Origin: Candidatus Thorarchaeota archaeon
Lineage (GTDB): Archaea; Asgardarchaeota; Thorarchaeia; Thorarchaeales; Thorarchaeaceae
DNA length: 64,000 nt
Assembly (NCBI GenBank): GCA_003345545.1
Contig: PRDH01000019.1
Span: forward strand, 1 to 64,000
Reading direction: 5' to 3'
Shown here: piece after piece, positions 39,509 to 49,020 of the stretch
Layout: each line of letters starts with the position of its first letter
How positions within the stretch are numbered: the stretch's first letter is position 1
Notes under the pieces: model-generated
What the model was told of the DNA's origin: nothing
The model's database searches: none
The model's input: only the letters and a program-made list of their open reading frames with translations
Translations under genes and position numbers: made by a program

Positions 39509-39859
39509 CTATAGCTTTTTTCTCTCAGCGTCTGAAACCTCTGGCTCTTCTGACTCAAGCCTGTCCCAATCAGGAGGAGGCTCCAATGAAGTATCTACCT
39601 CTTCAGTAGGTCTTTTGTATTGCTCTACAATCTTGGGGGGCTGCTCCACTTCTTCTCCCCCCTCTTCCTCCTCTGGTTCTTCTAGCCTGAACTCCTTGAC
39701 GAGTTTGCCTTCTTCGATTCTCTCGAGGAGCAATCGAAAGAGTTTCTCAACAACCAAACTACGACCTTTGGCTTCGAACTCGATATTTCCTATTCCGAAT
39801 TCAACTTCAGCATAGTCCGATTTCTTGCCTTTCTTGTCCTTTGAATCGTCCTCCGACAT
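39509..39859 (-). CDS. Small acidic hypothetical protein
   Basis: Folded N-terminal ~55 aa (IEFEAKG..VEKLF) plus an acidic tail. Confidence 0.6.
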   Translation of the reverse strand: MSEDDSKDKKGKKSDYAEVEFGIGNIEFEAKGRSLVVEKLFRLLLERIEEGKLVKEFRLEEPEEEEGGEEVEQPPKIVEQYKRPTEEVDTSLEPPPDWDRLESEEPEVSDAERKKL

Positions 39860-39975
39860 CTTTTCGACCCAAAATGCGTTATACCTTCAGCCTTAATAAA
39901 TCGTGTAGGCATCCTTGAAATATTGGACCTGCCGAAGCATTTTAGAGAGATTGACGCTCATCAACTACTCTCGAG

Positions 39976-40491
39976 GTGGTTCATCTGCCATCGCAACTGG
40001 TTGTCGATATGAATCGATGCACTGGGTGCCGTCTATGCGAGCTTGCCTGCTCTGCAAAGCATGAGGGCAAGTTTCAGCCTAATCTTGCTCGACTGAAGAT
40101 TGTGCGCTATGACGATTTGGGCCTAGATATTCCTAATGTCTGTGGTCCCTGTGAAACTGCGCCCTGCGTCGACATCTGTCCGGTGTATGCCATGCGTCGA
40201 GATCCTATCACCAAGATGACCTTTCTTGATGAGGATAAATGTATTCTATGTAAGTCATGTGTTGGCGCTTGTGTCAACGGGGTTATCCTGCTTGATACCG
40301 TCAGAATGAGAATAATCAAGTGCAACCACTGTGATGGCGCACCTGAGTGTGCAAAAATCTGCCCAACTGGTGCTATTACCTACAGCACTATAACATCTCT
40401 AGCTCCTGCTGATCGCCACGGTAAGATTGTGAGTTACTTGAAAGAGATTGATCGCGTGAGTGCCCCACAAGAAGCAAGTGGAGCTGATTGA
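39976..40491 (+). CDS. 4Fe-4S dicluster electron-transfer subunit (AorA-like)
   Basis: Four Cys clusters: CTGCRLCELAC, CGPCETAPCVDICP, CILCKSCVGAC, CNHC..CAKICP. Confidence 0.93.
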   Translation: MVHLPSQLVVDMNRCTGCRLCELACSAKHEGKFQPNLARLKIVRYDDLGLDIPNVCGPCETAPCVDICPVYAMRRDPITKMTFLDEDKCILCKSCVGACVNGVILLDTVRMRIIKCNHCDGAPECAKICPTGAITYSTITSLAPADRHGKIVSYLKEIDRVSAPQEASGAD

Positions 40492-42383
40492 CGATGGCAA
40501 GTGGCCATATGGGAATGATACTACGTGTCAATCTGACGGAAGGAGAGTTCACCACAGATCCCTTACCCAAGCGGTGGAAGAAGGAGTTCATCGGAGGAGA
40601 CGGTTTCGGGGCAAAGATACTCTTCGAAGAAGTACCCGCACGAATCGATCCACTGAGTGAGAAGAACAAGCTCATTATCGCTACCGGGCCCATCACAGGG
40701 ACTCTATGGCCGATGAGCGGCAGAACCGTATTCATCTCGAAGTCACCGCTAACGGGAATCTGGGGCGAAAGTCATGTGGGGGGATTCCTAGGCCCCGAGC
40801 TCAAGTATGCGGGGTATGATGTGCTTGTCATAGAGGGAATGTCTGAAAAACCGGTCTACATCAGTATTGATGATTCAGACTTGCAGATCAAGGATGCACG
40901 ACAGCTTTGGGGACTGACGACGGACAGACTTACCAGCGCTATCAAAAAGGCACACAATGATCCTGATATTCAAGTTGCAGCAATAGGTCCTGCAGGGGAG
41001 CGACTTGTTCGGTATGCGTCAGTGTTGGTTAACCATGCACGAGCTGCTGGCAGAACAGGCATGGGTGCTGTTCTCGGCAGCAAGAAGGTCAAGGCAATCG
41101 CGATCAGGGGGCATGGTGCTGTCGAAGTCCACGACCATGCCGCATTTGTAGACCTAGCCAAGGAAGCTCACACTAGAGTACGAAGCAATCCTCAAGCCCG
41201 AGAAATGGGCAAGTATGGAACTTGGATACTGACTGCGGTGAAACAAGAGATTGGTGAGTTGCCAACCTATAACCATCAGACTGGGGTCTTTGATGGCTGG
41301 GAGAAGTTAAGCGGTGACTACATTCGCCCCAAGTACACCGTCAGAGACAGGGCCTGTTTCGGCTGCAGTCTTGGCTGCAAGAAGCTCAACTATGTCCGTG
41401 AGGGCCCATTCGCGGGAACTCTCGAGGAGGGTCCTGAATACGAAGGTCTCATGGCATTTGGAAGCTCTCTGGGCGTAGATGATTACGCCACGGCCCTGAG
41501 AGCCAATCAGATTTGCAATAGATATGGACTGGACATAATCTCTGCAGGCGCTTCGATAGGCTTCGCGATAGAGTCGTTTGTCAAGGGCGCAATCACAGCA
41601 AAGGACACAGGTGGTCTTACGCTTCAATGGGGTGACAGGGAACAGATAATCAAACTGCTTCAGATGATTGCTGACAGAGATGGCTTTGGAGACCTCCTTG
41701 CAGAAGGAAGTAAGAGGGCTGCAGAAACCATCGGCCGTGGTACGAATAAGTATGCTATTCATGTAAAAGGTATGGAAGTGTCCGGGCAAGACGGGCGTAC
41801 CCATCGGAGTATCGCCCTAGGACATGCAACGGGTGCCCGCGGTGCGGATCATCTAAGAAGTCTGGTTGTGGTTGATCAATTGGGCTACAAAGACGTAGCG
41901 GCAAGAAGATGGGGAGCTGATAAGCTTCCAGAGATTATCGATCCCTATAATGAGAAGTACAAGGCCAATGCCGTATTCGAATCTGAGAATGCGTACTGCA
42001 TTCGTGACACTTTGATAGTGTGCTGGTACTCAGTTTCATGGCCTCCAATCTTCTGGATGGAGGACTTTGCCAAGATGCTTCCTTTGGCAACTGGTGAGAC
42101 GTACCTCGGCCAAGTGAGAAACCTGACAACGATTGCGGAACGTCAGGTTACCCTAAAGCGCTTATTCAATGCCAGAGAAGGAATCACAAGAAAGGATGAC
42201 CGGCTTCCAGATAGGTTTACCAAAGAACCCATGCCAGATGGTCCCGGGAAGGGGCAGATAGTAAATCTCGATCCTATGCTTGATGACTACTACACTCTCA
42301 GAGGATGGGACGTGGAAACAGGTCTACCAACAGATGAAACGATAAGACGACTATCATTGGAGTGGACAAGAGCCCACTCCTAG
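40488..42383 (+). CDS. aor: Tungsten-containing aldehyde:ferredoxin oxidoreductase family protein
   Basis: SKSPLTG, AAIGPAGE, GRTGMGAV, ACFGCSLGC, EGPEYE, YGLDIIS, RGADH, YYTLRGWD. Confidence 0.94.
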   Translation: MTMASGHMGMILRVNLTEGEFTTDPLPKRWKKEFIGGDGFGAKILFEEVPARIDPLSEKNKLIIATGPITGTLWPMSGRTVFISKSPLTGIWGESHVGGFLGPELKYAGYDVLVIEGMSEKPVYISIDDSDLQIKDARQLWGLTTDRLTSAIKKAHNDPDIQVAAIGPAGERLVRYASVLVNHARAAGRTGMGAVLGSKKVKAIAIRGHGAVEVHDHAAFVDLAKEAHTRVRSNPQAREMGKYGTWILTAVKQEIGELPTYNHQTGVFDGWEKLSGDYIRPKYTVRDRACFGCSLGCKKLNYVREGPFAGTLEEGPEYEGLMAFGSSLGVDDYATALRANQICNRYGLDIISAGASIGFAIESFVKGAITAKDTGGLTLQWGDREQIIKLLQMIADRDGFGDLLAEGSKRAAETIGRGTNKYAIHVKGMEVSGQDGRTHRSIALGHATGARGADHLRSLVVVDQLGYKDVAARRWGADKLPEIIDPYNEKYKANAVFESENAYCIRDTLIVCWYSVSWPPIFWMEDFAKMLPLATGETYLGQVRNLTTIAERQVTLKRLFNAREGITRKDDRLPDRFTKEPMPDGPGKGQIVNLDPMLDDYYTLRGWDVETGLPTDETIRRLSLEWTRAHS

Positions 42384-42396
42384 TTGGCCCTCACGG

Positions 42397-43356
42397 TCAC
42401 ATTCTGACGTAGTCCACTCGATGTGTTGCTCCGCAGCTTGGACATGCGTATTGGTCTGGCCCCGTCCAATTAATCTTCTCCCAGGACATCGGAGCGTTGC
42501 AGTTCGTACAGTTGTCTTTGATTACAGGCCTAACAAAGACCGTATTAGCTGCTGCACTAGCCGAGCTCGCTTCCATTTCCTGAGTCGTTTCAGTCGCTGT
42601 GTAAGTGGGTCTGACACTGGCGGAGTCACTAGTTTCATACTGACTGAGTGGATGATGGGGCACTATGTAGCTGAAAGGTCTAATCAACCAGTCAAGCTTT
42701 TCCGCTGGAGTGTTACTCCACGCACGAGTCTGCCAAACTCTTACCATATGGTCTTGTCTTGGTACGCGCCCTCTCAATTCGAACTTGCCATTTGTGGCCT
42801 TTATCTTGATCTTGTCTCCTCTGGACTCAAAGGTTTCGACCATGTGGAGTGGGAAGATGAACAACTTCCTGCTCTTTGCATCACTCTGATAGAGTCTGTA
42901 AGTCGTGAGAATGAAGCCCCCCGGATAGTATGTGAACACCTCTTCGCCCTTCAGCCAAGCGAAGGTCTGGTAGAAATGCATCGAGAATGGCTCATGATAT
43001 CCAACGGATATCCATCGATTGTATGGATGGTCGGGATGTACGAAGGGCACACCGCTTACTTCGCATATCTTCCTCTGACCTCCCACATTGAGCCGCTCAA
43101 ACTCCCTTAGACCAAGGGCAGCCCGCATTTCCTCTTTCTTCGGCATAGCTCCAACAAGGTTTACAATTCCATTGGTTACCTTGAACATGGCTGAGTTTGG
43201 AGTGAGCTTGTACTCTTTGATAATATGAAGAGGAAGAGTGACGCATGTCTTTGAGCCGCGACAGAACTGAATCAGTCTATAGTTCGTCACGATATACTCC
43301 TGATGTTGAGCAAGAACTCGCTCATTCTCGACTGGGATGTAGGTCACAAGTGACAT
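42397..43356 (-). CDS. Tandem PH/GRAM-like domain protein with C-terminal Zn ribbon
   Basis: Internal duplication YIVTNYRLIQ..LPLHII / FILTTYRLYQ..FPLHMV; C-terminal CTNCNAP..CPSCG. Confidence 0.6.
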   Translation of the reverse strand: MSLVTYIPVENERVLAQHQEYIVTNYRLIQFCRGSKTCVTLPLHIIKEYKLTPNSAMFKVTNGIVNLVGAMPKKEEMRAALGLREFERLNVGGQRKICEVSGVPFVHPDHPYNRWISVGYHEPFSMHFYQTFAWLKGEEVFTYYPGGFILTTYRLYQSDAKSRKLFIFPLHMVETFESRGDKIKIKATNGKFELRGRVPRQDHMVRVWQTRAWSNTPAEKLDWLIRPFSYIVPHHPLSQYETSDSASVRPTYTATETTQEMEASSASAAANTVFVRPVIKDNCTNCNAPMSWEKINWTGPDQYACPSCGATHRVDYVRM

Positions 43357-43449
43357 TGTAGATTACACCTACTACATTGAACTATCTATGAAGGCCACTT
43401 ATCAGAATTAAAACATTGGTTGTACGTGGCCAGAACGTGCAAGGATGCT

Positions 43450-43671
43450 CTATTGTTGTGTTGCACTAGGTATTGATATGTACAAGACATCTTCGAAGCC
43501 CAAAATGCCATGCCCCATTGGGTTCACAAGTCTGACATAGTCATCGTAGACTTCCTCGACTCTTACATTTGGGATTTTTGCGAGCGTATCCTTCTGCATA
43601 TATCTCAAATAGACTGTAAAAGTCTGTCCGGTTGTCTTCAGATCTTGGAATATGCTATGCCAATCCGGCAA
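43450..43671 (-). CDS. Small beta-barrel (Sm/LSm-like) hypothetical protein
   Basis: 73 aa; N-terminal helix then beta strands (VTVYL-like TFTVYL..RVEEVYDDYVRL..ILGFEDVLYI). AGGAGG RBS upstream. Confidence 0.5.
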   Translation of the reverse strand: MPDWHSIFQDLKTTGQTFTVYLRYMQKDTLAKIPNVRVEEVYDDYVRLVNPMGHGILGFEDVLYISIPSATQQ

Positions 43672-43673
43672 GT

Positions 43674-44201
43674 TCAGATTTCCTCCTTATCTGCAACAAC
43701 ACAGTCTTTACCATTTAACACTTGCTGCTTAGGCGGTCGGAGTGGAATCGTACCATCGCATGTGATTTGTGGCTCGAATTCAAGTTCTTTTAAGACCTTC
43801 ATCAGTGTTTCTTGAGGCCTCTCGATTTTCGGACATTGGAAAACATGGGATATGCAATGGTTTGTGCAGTCACTTGAGCCAAAACCCTTAGGGCCTGGAA
43901 TGCACTCCATATTCTTTTCGAGAGCCTCTGCGATCTTGCACTCTGCTCGACTTGGGCTTTCAACGATGATGGCCGCCTGCAAGAACGCTGTTTCAGATAG
44001 CAGGTAATCAATGTGCCAGTGGATGTTCTTCCGCGATAGAAAGTGTCTTCTGACTCTTCTCTCCAGGCTTGTCGATCCGTTACCCATTGCCGAACCCACA
44101 TACAGCCATGTTCCCTTTGATAATACATGAGTTCCTAGCGACCCAATTGTGACTGATAGGTCAAGTGGGAGCTGCAGTATGAGAACGTATGCTCCCTTCA
44201 T
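43674..44201 (-). CDS. GIY-YIG/Uri superfamily endonuclease (DUF123)
   Basis: KGAYVL, YVGSA, RVRRH, HWHIDYL, EC, GFGSSDC..CISH. Confidence 0.9.
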   Translation of the reverse strand: MKGAYVLILQLPLDLSVTIGSLGTHVLSKGTWLYVGSAMGNGSTSLERRVRRHFLSRKNIHWHIDYLLSETAFLQAAIIVESPSRAECKIAEALEKNMECIPGPKGFGSSDCTNHCISHVFQCPKIERPQETLMKVLKELEFEPQITCDGTIPLRPPKQQVLNGKDCVVADKEEI

Positions 44202-45280
44202 TCTTCTGAGTCACTCTCCATATCTGGGACACTTTTGACAATGGTCTTGATATACTCCAGAGCTTGACCTGTCGTCAGAATTCCTGCCTGCAACTCTCTG
44301 AGAACCCTATTGATTGACGGTCCCATATTCATCCATCCATTTGCGTTAGTGTCAGCAACAAGACGACATCCAAACTGCTTCCGAGAGATACTTCTTCCGT
44401 AGGTTTTCGAAATATGTTCTGTCCTGTGCTTCGTCAGTGACAGTGCTGCAGGAAGATGAATTGTCAATAATCTGCCATTCTCAACGATGGCCTGCCTTCC
44501 TGCGGGTAGCAATTCCCCAGTTACAAGGACTGAGTGATTGCTTTCTGTTGCGTATCTCAGGAAACAGGCAAGAATCAAAGCATGGCATTCTCCGCAGGGG
44601 TGAATCTTACATTCTCTTGCTCGCCGAACTACCTCTGAAGTGGCTTCGTCTTGGGGGATGCGTGTGAGCTTGACGTTAAGATGAGAACACCATTCAACCA
44701 TCTCAGCCATCTCTCTTTGGTCAAGGAATACATGCTGAAGATCAACGACAATCGCCTCCGGCTCGAAGCCACATTCCTTGAGAATGACCAGTGCTGCACT
44801 ACTGTCGATTCCGCCCGAGAATGCAACTGCCACTCTTTCTCCATGACCTATCGATTTTTCGAAGACACAACTCTCCTCTGGGAATTTGAGTTCTTGAGTA
44901 ATCAGTTTTCGGAGTCCCTGCAAAACTGACCAGTGTGCCTCGACACCAGTTGAAGATGTTAGTTCTTCGATACGACGGAGGGTCAATTCGAGTCTGTGCT
45001 TCTTTAGAAGAATTTCATCCGCTCCATAGATTGTGACAGGTTGCATGACACGTTTGGCCAACTCAGCTGCCACCCTTCCCCCGGGACCGAGCAGAAGGCT
45101 CTTTTCTGATCTATCCGACGTGACAATATGGAGACTGCCGTCAGGATGAGCAAACACCTGCCCGATTATTGGACTCACTCCGCGGTCCAATCCAAGCTCA
45201 TCTCTGATGTCTTGTACAAGGGCTAAAATCAGTTCTGGCTTCATTGATTCACTCTTAGATATGTTCCTCATAAGCATCAC
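44198..45280 (-). CDS. KH-domain PP-loop ATPase (COG1365-like)
   Basis: N-terminal KH-like DRSEKSLLLGPGG; PP-loop AFSGGIDSS; HPCGECH; FGC; RVLRE..AG. Confidence 0.85.
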   Translation of the reverse strand: MMLMRNISKSESMKPELILALVQDIRDELGLDRGVSPIIGQVFAHPDGSLHIVTSDRSEKSLLLGPGGRVAAELAKRVMQPVTIYGADEILLKKHRLELTLRRIEELTSSTGVEAHWSVLQGLRKLITQELKFPEESCVFEKSIGHGERVAVAFSGGIDSSAALVILKECGFEPEAIVVDLQHVFLDQREMAEMVEWCSHLNVKLTRIPQDEATSEVVRRARECKIHPCGECHALILACFLRYATESNHSVLVTGELLPAGRQAIVENGRLLTIHLPAALSLTKHRTEHISKTYGRSISRKQFGCRLVADTNANGWMNMGPSINRVLRELQAGILTTGQALEYIKTIVKSVPDMESDSEE

Positions 45281-45329
45281 CCATTGTCGATACGGTCATA
45301 AGGGCAAGAATGTTCACTCATGTGGGAAT

Positions 45330-46277
45330 ATGACTGCCGCAGAGATTATCCCTGGTGTTCATGCTATTCGAGGCAAGTTCGCTGGAGAGTTCGGATTCAT
45401 CGCTAGTTATCTGATAGTTGATGAAGGGGAAGCTCTCGTCATTGATCCAGGCACAGCCGGAGACCCGGGCGAACGAATAGAGAAGGCTCTGAAATCGTTC
45501 GGTCTGAACCATAGAAGTGACCTTATCGGAATAGTCTGCACGCATGGGCATCCTGACCATGTTGGGGGTGCGAACAGACTGAGAAGAGCAACTGGTGCGC
45601 CGATTATGATTCATGAAAAGGATGCTGAGCTGCTTAGAAATCCCCAATCATTTTTCGAGGAGCGTTTGCTGATGGATCGTGCAACACGCCTTTCGATGAA
45701 GCTCGACAAGGGCCCTCTTCGTGTCAATTATCGAGGGTGCGAACCTGACAGTCTACTCTCTGATGGTCAGAATATACAGATAGGGAGCACATCACTTCAA
45801 GTCATACTGACTGGAGGCCACTCAGCTGGACACTGCGTTTTGCATGATGGCAATAGAAAACTCCTCTTTGCAGGCGATGAGGTAAACAACTTCCCTAATG
45901 ACCCCCGAAAATTCTACGTTGACTTGACTGGAAGTCTCGTTTCCAGAATGGCTGCTCTTGAGAGGCTTTCAAAGATGGGCATAGAGCATCTCTTACCCTC
46001 TCATGATGTTCCGTACCTATTCGGTGAAGCTCGTCTGCAATTCGGAGCTGCCAAGGACGGCATTATGCATCTTCAGGATACAGTCCTAACGCACCTTGGA
46101 GATAGGGGTGAGGCAGATGTTGAGCAACTTGTTTTTGATGTGAGGCAGTCCAGAAGTGTGCCTATTCCAGAGAGCCTTGATTCACTAATACAGACAACGA
46201 TTCAAGTGACTCTCCAAGGGCTCGCAGAGGCTGGGCTGGTCAAGTCCCTTGGCAAGGGTGTTTGGACCAAGGTATAG
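45330..46277 (+). CDS. Metallo-beta-lactamase-fold hydrolase with C-terminal wHTH
   Basis: IDPG, THGHPDHVGG, GHSAGH, FAGD, PSH. Confidence 0.92.
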   Translation: MTAAEIIPGVHAIRGKFAGEFGFIASYLIVDEGEALVIDPGTAGDPGERIEKALKSFGLNHRSDLIGIVCTHGHPDHVGGANRLRRATGAPIMIHEKDAELLRNPQSFFEERLLMDRATRLSMKLDKGPLRVNYRGCEPDSLLSDGQNIQIGSTSLQVILTGGHSAGHCVLHDGNRKLLFAGDEVNNFPNDPRKFYVDLTGSLVSRMAALERLSKMGIEHLLPSHDVPYLFGEARLQFGAAKDGIMHLQDTVLTHLGDRGEADVEQLVFDVRQSRSVPIPESLDSLIQTTIQVTLQGLAEAGLVKSLGKGVWTKV

Positions 46278-46328
46278 CCGAGGAGCTACGCGCAAGCTAG
46301 ATTCAAATGAAAGAACACCGGTTCTCAT

Positions 46329-49019
46329 ATGACAGCTAATCCTCAAGATTGTCCATACCTTGGCAGTATTCGGGAGATGGCAAATGTGAGCAGGAAGAGC
46401 AGAAAAGATGTACAAGCGCAGAGTACTGTTGAAGCCATAAGAATGGCCTCTGCTTCAGTGTTGAGCACGACGACTGGCTTAGGCTATCCAGTTGGAAGTG
46501 CAAGAGGCGCTGGAAGCATGCTTGAACAGCATTCCGAAACAGTGTCCATGAGTATTGCACCTCTAATCTTCAACGTGCGTGATACCTTGAACTCGTCTGA
46601 AGGGTTGGAACTGCTCTCTATTGAGTGGAATCTCGAGAGAACTCCCGGCCCCGGAGTCTTGCCGGAACAGCTCATTGTTGTAGGCGGTTCTGAAGGTGGC
46701 GTCGGTTCTCACGTCTGTGTCCTGTGCTGGGAAAGGGGTGTCGTAGACCCGTTCAGGATAGATCAGTATGTGAAGGTCATCGCCAAGAAACTTGGCGATA
46801 TAGAGGCCGCTGTCATCAACAATGATCTCAACTACGACCTCGATGGCCTATCCGTTATCCGACGTTTTGCTGACCGCCTAAACAGCGTCTTGTTCGTAGA
46901 CATGCTTGACAGGCGTTTTCAGGGTACATGGGATTCACTTCAAGTCAAAGATGAACAGATGGCTGTCGAAGCCATCGCGAAAATGTCAACGTATGATGAT
47001 TTTACGCTTGTTCCTCCAGGCCTAAAGATCGCTCGGCGCAATAGCCTTGAATTCAGGCTGCCGTCGTCGTCTAAGGAAGATTTCTTGGATCAGTTTCAAC
47101 ATCGAGTATTGACTCCCAGCGCAATAGAGATGCTGACAAAGACAGTCCCTGAAACAGGACAAGCAATACTTAACGAGTTGAATACCTATGCATATGCGAG
47201 GGAGGAGGCTGATGTTGCCGAGGGGACAATCTCAGTTCTGAAAGAATACCTCAAGAGAGACACCGTGAAGCTGTCAGACCTCCAGTCCATTAAGAAAGCA
47301 ACAGGTGAGTTTGTCGGTCATCTCAATGATACCGTCGACTCGCTTGAGTCAATTGTTGATCAACACTCGAACTCTGGGAAGGCTTTGACTATTGCAGGAC
47401 ATAGAGACGCTCTTCTTTCAGATATTGATGCAAACCACGAACGATTCGATGGTATCAATGGCACACTTGCTCACATGCTAATTGTTCAAATCATGAAGTC
47501 TATTGGGCGCGAATCATTTGGAGTGGAGGATATTCGTGCATGGCAACTACGAAGCGCTCTAAGCTATGCCATTGCATATGCAAAGAGAGTTGCACAGTAC
47601 TTTGCTGAGGAACTCGATCACTACCTGATTGCTTCTGCCGCAAGAAAGGCATTCTTTGTCGCGCTCCGTGATTTTCGTCAAGAAACCGTACAGGTTGGAA
47701 TGGATTCAACTGACCTGATGCTTTTCGAGAAGTTCTATGCTGAGGTTCAATCTCAGCTCAATGCATCCTTCTCGAGAAAATCGTACCAAGGTGTGCAGTA
47801 TCATGATTTCATTCAGCTAATGGACACGATTACGCGGGAAATAATCGAAACCTTCAGGCATATCGATGTATGGAATCTAATCAATTTCTCCGACGTTGCG
47901 GATATTGCTCGTTCTGAGATACAAAAGAGACATGCAGGCCAGTCAAGTGACGGAGCTCTAATGTCGGATGGCAATGCGCTCATGAGCCTACTGAACGCGT
48001 TTCAGAACACTGTTTCTGATATTATCCCTGATGTGGCCGACACTATTCTATCAAAATCTCTTATTCGAAAGATGATTGAGAAGATTAGGTCTGATGGCAC
48101 AGGTCTGGGTAATGAATTGGCATCTGCGATTGAAAGTGTCGGCGAGAAGTCCCAGGAGTGGAAAAGAGAGGCTGTGGCCTGGGTAGAAGGCTTTCGAGAT
48201 AGTGTAGACCCCACACAATCCACCCCCGTGAGTCTGCTTGCGCTGTTGCAGTATATCCATGAGCTATTGGACCAAGTGGTATCACCAAGTGCAATGGCTG
48301 ATCGAGTAAAGGCAGAGGCTGACGCGAAAGAAGCTGTCTACCAAGCCAAAGTCAATGATTGGCAATTCGCCTGTAAAGAAATCGAAAAGGAGAATGTGTC
48401 AATTCGACAACGAAACAACAGACGTGAGGAGCTCATTGCAGAAGCCACAAGGCAGTTTGAAATGGAGATGTCTGCATTTGAGCAGCAAGTCCGTGATTAT
48501 CAAGAAAAGGTTGAGCAGAGAGAGTCTCTGGCAGCAAGTGCAGCTGGAGCGCAGGTTACATTACCAGCATTACCTCTGGAACCAGTTCGTCCTTCTCCTC
48601 TAGGGCCGCGAGTTGACAAAATAAGAGGAAACAATCCAACTGAGCTTGAGAAATCCTTCCCGCCTGAACCGCAACCTGAACCAACACTTCGTTACTACAC
48701 TGAGTTGCGAGACCTTCTATACGATAAGCTGAGTGAGATGAAAGAACGTGAAAAGAGCATGGAAGAGACATTTGCTCGGAGAGTCTTACGGCTTCAGGCA
48801 GAAGGCATGGGCGCCATTGGAGAGATTGACATCAATATCGGTGATGATTTTCTGCAGCATCTGATGGACTCGCGAATTCGTACTCTGGGCAGGCTACTTC
48901 CTCGTATCTCTCGCGTTTTCTTGAGGAATCCGAAGATACCAGGCCTCCTCTATCTTGTATCATATGCGTACTATAAAGAGGGTTTGACTATGTCGATTGG
49001 GAGCACGTTTCTGAGGTGA
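46329..49019 (+). CDS. Large hypothetical protein: longin-like N-terminus, helical body, coiled coil and Pro-rich segment
   Basis: 896-aa open frame with no recognisable enzyme motif. Start may be ATG 46377. The longin call is from secondary-structure pattern only. Confidence 0.75.
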   Translation: MTANPQDCPYLGSIREMANVSRKSRKDVQAQSTVEAIRMASASVLSTTTGLGYPVGSARGAGSMLEQHSETVSMSIAPLIFNVRDTLNSSEGLELLSIEWNLERTPGPGVLPEQLIVVGGSEGGVGSHVCVLCWERGVVDPFRIDQYVKVIAKKLGDIEAAVINNDLNYDLDGLSVIRRFADRLNSVLFVDMLDRRFQGTWDSLQVKDEQMAVEAIAKMSTYDDFTLVPPGLKIARRNSLEFRLPSSSKEDFLDQFQHRVLTPSAIEMLTKTVPETGQAILNELNTYAYAREEADVAEGTISVLKEYLKRDTVKLSDLQSIKKATGEFVGHLNDTVDSLESIVDQHSNSGKALTIAGHRDALLSDIDANHERFDGINGTLAHMLIVQIMKSIGRESFGVEDIRAWQLRSALSYAIAYAKRVAQYFAEELDHYLIASAARKAFFVALRDFRQETVQVGMDSTDLMLFEKFYAEVQSQLNASFSRKSYQGVQYHDFIQLMDTITREIIETFRHIDVWNLINFSDVADIARSEIQKRHAGQSSDGALMSDGNALMSLLNAFQNTVSDIIPDVADTILSKSLIRKMIEKIRSDGTGLGNELASAIESVGEKSQEWKREAVAWVEGFRDSVDPTQSTPVSLLALLQYIHELLDQVVSPSAMADRVKAEADAKEAVYQAKVNDWQFACKEIEKENVSIRQRNNRREELIAEATRQFEMEMSAFEQQVRDYQEKVEQRESLAASAAGAQVTLPALPLEPVRPSPLGPRVDKIRGNNPTELEKSFPPEPQPEPTLRYYTELRDLLYDKLSEMKEREKSMEETFARRVLRLQAEGMGAIGEIDINIGDDFLQHLMDSRIRTLGRLLPRISRVFLRNPKIPGLLYLVSYAYYKEGLTMSIGSTFLR

Positions 49020-49020
49020 T

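Noticed and set aside
43674-44201. Homing endonuclease or mobile intron
   Set aside because: Typical stand-alone DUF123 archaeal gene in an operon; no interrupted host gene.
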